Shown one piece after another: positions 37,825 through 43,070 of a stretch of 43,070 bases of DNA (the stretch's first letter is position 1; the number at the start of each line of letters is the position of its first letter). Source of the DNA: Nitrosopumilales archaeon UBA218 (GTDB lineage Archaea > Thermoproteota > Nitrososphaeria > Nitrososphaerales > Nitrosopumilaceae). A program made the position numbers and the translations under genes. Location: positions 11,862-54,931 of the forward strand of contig DAMC01000041.1 of the NCBI GenBank assembly GCA_002499525.1, given 5' to 3'. Below the pieces are notes generated by a model. That model saw only the letters and a list, made by a program, of their open reading frames with translations, did no database searches and had not been told where the DNA came from.

Positions 37825-38871
37825 TTAGATTACGCCAGTACTTTTTGCAAGTAAATATGCGCTTTTTTCATTCATCGTGAGTTGTTTTAAAACAGTATAA
37901 CGCTCTGGACGCAAAGATTGTGCAATTAACAACGCTTCTATTACAGACTCTTTTTTGATACCAATTTGTTTTGCGGTGGTAGGAGCACCTAAATTTGCCA
38001 AAGTGTGTTTAATTTTCTTCCAATCCTGACCTTGAAGTTTCGCCATCATTATGGCACCAATTCCACATTTTTCGCCATGGAGTCCAATGCCGGGGACAAG
38101 TTTGTCCAGCGCATGAGAGAAAAGATGTTCAGATCCAGAACAGGGCCTACTGCTTCCAGCAATGCATGAGGCAACTCCTGCACTGATGAGAGCTTCGACT
38201 ATTTCCCTAACATCGGGTCTTTTCTTCTTTTCAGTGGCTTCAACCAATATTTTGGCACTCATTAATGCCAGATTAGACGAATATCTGCCATAGTATTCTC
38301 CGGTATTATCTCGTCCTAACTGCCAATCCTTTACAGCGGTGATTTTTGCAATCAAGTCACCACACCCAGCAGCAAGGAGATTCTTTGGGGCTTTTTTAAT
38401 CACGTCAATGTCAACAAAGACTCCCAGTGGTGCAGTTGCAACCAAGGAATGAGGTTTTTCTCCTTTCACTGAAACAAAAGGACTGGCAATTCCATCGTGA
38501 GAAGCCGCTGTTGGAAAGCTAACAAATGGTTTTCCGAGGTTGTATGAAATCATTTTAGCTATGTCTACAGAGCGGCCACCGCCAATTCCGACAATTAGAT
38601 TAGATTTGTCTTTTCGTACAGAGTTCTCCACTTCATTAATTGATTTTTCATCATTAGTGATTGGTATATGCCATACAGCCACGATACTAGAGGATGACAA
38701 AGATTTTGAGATTTTTGTTTTTACTATTTTTTGGACGTGATTCCCAGCGATGATTGAGATCTTGGTGATTTTACCTAGATCAAGTAAGAATTTTCCAAAG
38801 TTTCCAATATTTTTTTCGCCGACTACAATCAGACGTGGAAGCTCCATAATATGTGATGGAGAAGTACGCAT
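37825..38871 (-). CDS. egsA: sn-glycerol-1-phosphate dehydrogenase
   Basis: GIGGGRSVD, PTAASHDGIASP, GCGDL, SSRPCSGSEHLFSH and HGEKCG. Start set at ATG 38871. Confidence 0.95.
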   Translation of the reverse strand: MRTSPSHIMELPRLIVVGEKNIGNFGKFLLDLGKITKISIIAGNHVQKIVKTKISKSLSSSSIVAVWHIPITNDEKSINEVENSVRKDKSNLIVGIGGGRSVDIAKMISYNLGKPFVSFPTAASHDGIASPFVSVKGEKPHSLVATAPLGVFVDIDVIKKAPKNLLAAGCGDLIAKITAVKDWQLGRDNTGEYYGRYSSNLALMSAKILVEATEKKKRPDVREIVEALISAGVASCIAGSSRPCSGSEHLFSHALDKLVPGIGLHGEKCGIGAIMMAKLQGQDWKKIKHTLANLGAPTTAKQIGIKKESVIEALLIAQSLRPERYTVLKQLTMNEKSAYLLAKSTGVI

Positions 38872-38963
38872 CAAACACTTGCCTGAGCCTCCACTTATCA
38901 AGTTGACCCCCCAAAGTTATTTAAAAGGGTTCGAGTCTTTCTAAATATCTAGGAGTATTTTCT

Positions 38964-39599
38964 ATGTCAGCTAACAGTGTAGAAGATAAAATTCTACATG
39001 GAACAACCACTGTAGGTATCAAGGCAACTGATGGTGTCGTATTATGTGCAGATATGCGTGCAAGCGCTGGTTATTTTATTGCCAACAATAACACAATGAA
39101 AGTACAGCAGATAGCGAGACATGCAGGCATGACAATGGCCGGAGGTGTTGCAGACGCACAAAACATTACTGATGTTTTAAGATATCATGCAAACATCCAT
39201 AGAGTACAAAAAAATGAAAACATTCCAATTAGATCATTAGCTAGACTATGTTCACTAATGTTTCATCAAAATAGGGGATATCCATTCATTGCAGATATTC
39301 TAATTGGTGGATACGATAAAGAGGGACCTCAACTAGTTAACGTGGATGTGTTTGGCTCTGTTGAAGAAAAAAAATACGTAACAACAGGTAGCGGGTCACC
39401 CGTAGCTTATGGTACTTTAGAAGACGAATACCGAGACAATCTCAAAGTTGAAGAGGCCAAGGTAATCGCATTACGTGCCGTTAAAGCGGCAATTGTTAGA
39501 AACATTGGAACTGGTGACGGAATCAATGTCGCAATTATTGATAAAGATGGCTATAGGCTTTTGACTAAAGAGCAAAAGAAAGCCATCATAGCTTTGTAG
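38964..39599 (+). CDS. psmB: Proteasome beta subunit
   Basis: Propeptide followed by HG|TTTVG, ADMRAS, AGGVADAQ and TGSGSP. Confidence 0.96.
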   Translation: MSANSVEDKILHGTTTVGIKATDGVVLCADMRASAGYFIANNNTMKVQQIARHAGMTMAGGVADAQNITDVLRYHANIHRVQKNENIPIRSLARLCSLMFHQNRGYPFIADILIGGYDKEGPQLVNVDVFGSVEEKKYVTTGSGSPVAYGTLEDEYRDNLKVEEAKVIALRAVKAAIVRNIGTGDGINVAIIDKDGYRLLTKEQKKAIIAL

Positions 39600-39606
39600 T
39601 GATTTA

Positions 39607-41541
39607 ATGCAGAAAAGACAACAAGAGAAGGATTCATCTACAGCCCAAAGTGTAATGGCAACCATACTGCAAAGTATTCCAAAAGAGGCCCAAGTGAGCA
39701 AAATTGACTATGAGGGTCCAAGGATAGCTCTCTATACCAAATCGCCTTCTTTTCTAATGGAGAATAATCAAATTGTATCTGATCTAGTCAATGTAATAAA
39801 AAAAAGAATCGTAGTTAGAACTGAGGAATCTATTCGTAAAAATGAAGAGGATTCTCGAAAAGTAATTGTTGAGGCTGTCCCAAAAGAGGCAGAGTTAGGT
39901 GGAACATTTTTCGATACTGCAACCGGAGAAGTTTCAGTAGAAGTAAAGCGACCTTGGATACTCCAGAACAACCCTGATTTCAATCTAGCAAAGCTTACGG
40001 AGAAGATGGGTTGGAGAATTCGAATTAGAAAGGCAACTACAATTCAATCTAGTACAATTCAGCAAATTAATTACAATCTCAAATTAACATCTTCTGAACG
40101 CTCTAAGCAGCTAAAACAAATTGGAGAGAGCATATTTAGGCCAAGACTGGCACAAAGATCCGAAGTCTCATTGATGACTTTGGGAGGATTTGGCCAAGTA
40201 GGTAGGTCTAGCATGATTTTAACTACGCCGGAAAGTAAGATTCTGATCGATTGTGGTGTCAACCCAGGGGCTCGCTCACCTTCAGAAGCATATCCTAGAC
40301 TAGACTGGGCCAACATTACCTTAGATGATCTTGATGCAGTCGTCATTGGTCATGCTCATTTAGATCATACAGGGTTTTTGCCTGTATTATGTAAGTATGG
40401 TTACAAGGGTCCGATTTACTGTACAGAACCAACATTACCTATGATGAATTTAATTCAGCTTGATGCAATCCGTGTAGCGGCAGCACAAGGAAGAGCACCA
40501 CTATATGCAGAACGGGATGTAAAACAAATCATGAAACAAACTATCACCATACCATATGGGACTGTCACGGATATTTCTCCGGATATTAAATTAGTATTTT
40601 CAAATGCAGGCCATATTTTGGGTTCCGCCACTTGTCATTTTCATATCGGTAATGGTGAGCATAATTTTGTGTATACTGGCGATATTAAATTTGGAAAAAG
40701 TATCCTCTTTGATAGTGCGTCTTGGAATTATCCAAGGGTAGAAACACTACTAATTGAGAGTACATATGGTGCTAGAGAAGACATCCAACCAACAAGACAG
40801 GAAGTTGAATCTGCGTTCATCAATGCGGTGAATAACACTTTAGTTGATGGTGGTAAAGTCTTGATTCCAATCCCAGCAGTTGGGCGTGCTCAAGAAATAC
40901 TAATGGTAATCGATCATTACATGAAGGCGGGTCAAATGGTTGAGGCGCCGGTGTTTACAGAGGGAATGATTTCAGAGGCCACTGCAATACATGAGGCCTA
41001 TCCAGAATATCTAGCTAGAGAGCTTCGACAAAAGATACTAGAAACGGACGACAATCCATTTGATTCTGAGTATTTCACAAATATCGAACATTCAGATGCA
41101 AGAGAAGAACCACTACGCGATAATACTCCATGTATAATTTTGGCTACCTCTGGCATGTTAGAGGGGGGTCCAGTTTTAGAATACTTTAGAAACATCGCCC
41201 CATCAAATAAAAATAAGATCATCTTTGTTTCGTATCAAGTCAATGGAACTCTAGGTAGACGTGTACTCGATGGCTCGAAGCAAGTCTCATTATTGGGTAA
41301 AGATGGAAAAGTGGAAGTTGTAAATGTGAATTGTTCCATGATAAAACTAGATGGTTTTTCTGGACATAGTGATTTCAATCAATTAATGTCATTTGTACAT
41401 AAACTCAGACCAAAACTCAGACGCGTTCTAGTTAATCATGGAGAAAGAAGAAAGTGCGAAAGTCTGGCAATGAATATTCGTCGACAATTCCGAGTACCAG
41501 CTCATTACCCGCAAGTACAAGAAGCGATTCGACTGTTCTAG
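39607..41541 (+). CDS. fttA: aCPSF1/FttA: KH plus metallo-beta-lactamase/beta-CASP ribonuclease, transcription termination factor
   Basis: YEGP KH region, LGGFGQVGRS, HAHLDH, AGHILGSA, IESTYG, AVGRAQE, FSGHSD and NHGE; conserved position after psmB. Confidence 0.95.
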   Translation: MQKRQQEKDSSTAQSVMATILQSIPKEAQVSKIDYEGPRIALYTKSPSFLMENNQIVSDLVNVIKKRIVVRTEESIRKNEEDSRKVIVEAVPKEAELGGTFFDTATGEVSVEVKRPWILQNNPDFNLAKLTEKMGWRIRIRKATTIQSSTIQQINYNLKLTSSERSKQLKQIGESIFRPRLAQRSEVSLMTLGGFGQVGRSSMILTTPESKILIDCGVNPGARSPSEAYPRLDWANITLDDLDAVVIGHAHLDHTGFLPVLCKYGYKGPIYCTEPTLPMMNLIQLDAIRVAAAQGRAPLYAERDVKQIMKQTITIPYGTVTDISPDIKLVFSNAGHILGSATCHFHIGNGEHNFVYTGDIKFGKSILFDSASWNYPRVETLLIESTYGAREDIQPTRQEVESAFINAVNNTLVDGGKVLIPIPAVGRAQEILMVIDHYMKAGQMVEAPVFTEGMISEATAIHEAYPEYLARELRQKILETDDNPFDSEYFTNIEHSDAREEPLRDNTPCIILATSGMLEGGPVLEYFRNIAPSNKNKIIFVSYQVNGTLGRRVLDGSKQVSLLGKDGKVEVVNVNCSMIKLDGFSGHSDFNQLMSFVHKLRPKLRRVLVNHGERRKCESLAMNIRRQFRVPAHYPQVQEAIRLF

Positions 41542-41632
41542 TTTTACTTTTATCCAATATTTTCAAAAGGATTATTGTGAAGTTCAAACCAGAAAAAATT
41601 CTGACTTTTTTCAAAGTTCCTATTCACGGAAA

Positions 41633-42058
41633 TTAATAAGGAATAGATGTCATCTCTGCGATTTTTTTGATTGCAAGCACTGCATTTTTTAATATTGGAT
41701 AGAATTGTTGATCAAAATCTTGTTTTGCATTTTGATCCTTGGGTATCCAATCTTGTAGATATGTTAGAGTTAGCTGGCCGTGTTTGTTTTCAATTTTGTT
41801 AAGAAAGTAGCCATCCAACTCCTCATTATCTACTAGTATGAATTTGATTTGGCCTGCTTTTTGATCAATTATTATTCGCTCTATGATTTCCAGTCCCGCT
41901 ACAGACATTTCTCTGAGAAATCCATTATCGTATTTTTGTAAAATTTTTACTTTTTGAACTTCACTTATTGTTTTTTCAGGATGTTCCGCTTTGTCTAATA
42001 ATAATTTCCAGAGTCTTTCTTGTGTGCAATTAATCTTTTCAGAATGTGATATAACCAC
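41633..42058 (-). CDS. SRPBCC/START-fold protein (AtaL/DUF1857-like)
   Basis: LWKLLLDKAEHPEK, beta-meander and C-terminal helix; family by resemblance. Confidence 0.7.
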   Translation of the reverse strand: MVISHSEKINCTQERLWKLLLDKAEHPEKTISEVQKVKILQKYDNGFLREMSVAGLEIIERIIIDQKAGQIKFILVDNEELDGYFLNKIENKHGQLTLTYLQDWIPKDQNAKQDFDQQFYPILKNAVLAIKKIAEMTSIPY

Positions 42059-42093
42059 GAATTTGTTAGTTTGGGTTTTCTATTTATTTTAGA

Positions 42094-43070
42094 TTAGATC
42101 TGCATTATCTTATTTTTTAGCAGGTAGCTAATACAATTTAGATATTCCGAGTCTGTAATTTTACCGTCAGTCCACCATTTTACGGGTTCTTTTACCCATG
42201 ATGGAATTATTATGCCTAGGTTTTCTATCTCAATATCATTAGAAAATGCATTGGTGTTTGTCAGTTCTGCACTCCATTCAGTCTTATTGATTCGATCATG
42301 GTATTTGACAGACAGTACTATACCAGTTTTTTTATCAATTACTTCTTGGTATTGTTTGGTTTTGTCCCATGCGATTACGGCTTCTCTTTGCTGATCTTTG
42401 AAGGAAAATACAATCTGATTTTGAGCCTGGATTTCATACCGAGATGCGATTGTCATGCCTAACTCAATTGGGGTTTTGTGAACAAATTGATAGTATTTTT
42501 CTGTACCACCAACTAAGCCGACAGAATCAATATGAAAATTATATTGTCTTTTTCCCTGCTTTGTTGTCTCTATTGATGATATTTCAGTGATTTTTCCAGG
42601 CGTACCAAATGTGTGTGTGATGATTTTAACGTCATCGGTTTGGCTATCCTTTATTGAATACTTGATAAAATCATCTTTGGAAATACAGATCTGAGCTGGC
42701 AAGCATCCAGAATGATCAGGCATTATGTTTGGCGCGTTGATCGTTTTGGCATCTACTAGATATCTTAATCCGTATGAGAAGACACTATCGTGATCTTTTC
42801 CTTGTAGCCAGCGAATTGTATCACTTTTGATCCATTGAGGAATTGTATCAGTATGGTTTGCACGATCGCGAATTATCTTTTGTGTGATCGGTTTATCCAG
42901 TATTGCGATCAATTGCTCAGTACGATCAGGCGTTGTAGAAAACCACGCAATGTCACTATACAGAGTTAGACATTTTCTAATGTTTGGCTGATGCATGTAT
43001 CTTTCATAGAATTTGGCCTTTCCAAGTGTCTCAAATTCTGGATATAGCGTTTGACATTGATCGATTATTT
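42094..43070 (-). CDS. Probable exported protein with two thaumarchaeal IPxW(I/V)K modules, 5'-truncated by the window end
   Basis: The frame stays open upstream of the track's ATG 42996 to the window edge (IIDQCQTLYPEFETLGKAKFYERY). Modules are IPQWIKSDTIRW... and IPSWVKEPVKWW...YLLKNKIMQI. Confidence 0.75.
   Translation of the reverse strand, partial: IIDQCQTLYPEFETLGKAKFYERYMHQPNIRKCLTLYSDIAWFSTTPDRTEQLIAILDKPITQKIIRDRANHTDTIPQWIKSDTIRWLQGKDHDSVFSYGLRYLVDAKTINAPNIMPDHSGCLPAQICISKDDFIKYSIKDSQTDDVKIITHTFGTPGKITEISSIETTKQGKRQYNFHIDSVGLVGGTEKYYQFVHKTPIELGMTIASRYEIQAQNQIVFSFKDQQREAVIAWDKTKQYQEVIDKKTGIVLSVKYHDRINKTEWSAELTNTNAFSNDIEIENLGIIIPSWVKEPVKWWTDGKITDSEYLNCISYLLKNKIMQI

Noticed and set aside
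38925-38943. tRNA T-loop-like GGTTCGAGTC upstream of psmB
   Set aside because: The T stem is weak, with no acceptor, D or anticodon arms; it lies within the divergent egsA/psmB promoter.

Overview
AT-rich, gene-dense chromosomal segment of an ammonia-oxidising archaeon (Nitrososphaerota/Nitrosopumilaceae; a Nitrosotenuis-like lineage is my inference from gene content and protein style). It is mostly core genome: priS/priL, nfo, glyS, cobalamin methyltransferases, the rqcH-Mut7C-AMMECR1 operon, aconitase X subunits, nth, sat/cysH and cysC/cysQ, thrB, queC/folE/queE, tfb, egsA, psmB and aCPSF1/FttA. Both ends cut through genes. I found no rRNA, tRNA, transposase or CRISPR array. The most unusual structure is at about 27.2-31.5 kb. 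Three co-oriented exact copies of a 23-bp GC-rich repeat (AGCGGAACGCATAGCGGAACAGG, built from a 12-bp tandem unit) lie upstream of, inside and directly after a coiled-coil gene. That gene sits between a winged-helix operon (soluble wHTH, membrane-anchored wHTH, secreted helical protein) and an ESCRT-III/CdvB paralogue, which makes the locus a candidate DNA-membrane tethering or segregation module. Other highlights are two GC-rich structured intergenic elements (candidate ncRNAs at 20.3 kb and 33.3 kb), a MurI-like racemase with both catalytic cysteines replaced by serine, and four microproteins missed by the ORF track, three of them Zn-finger-like.
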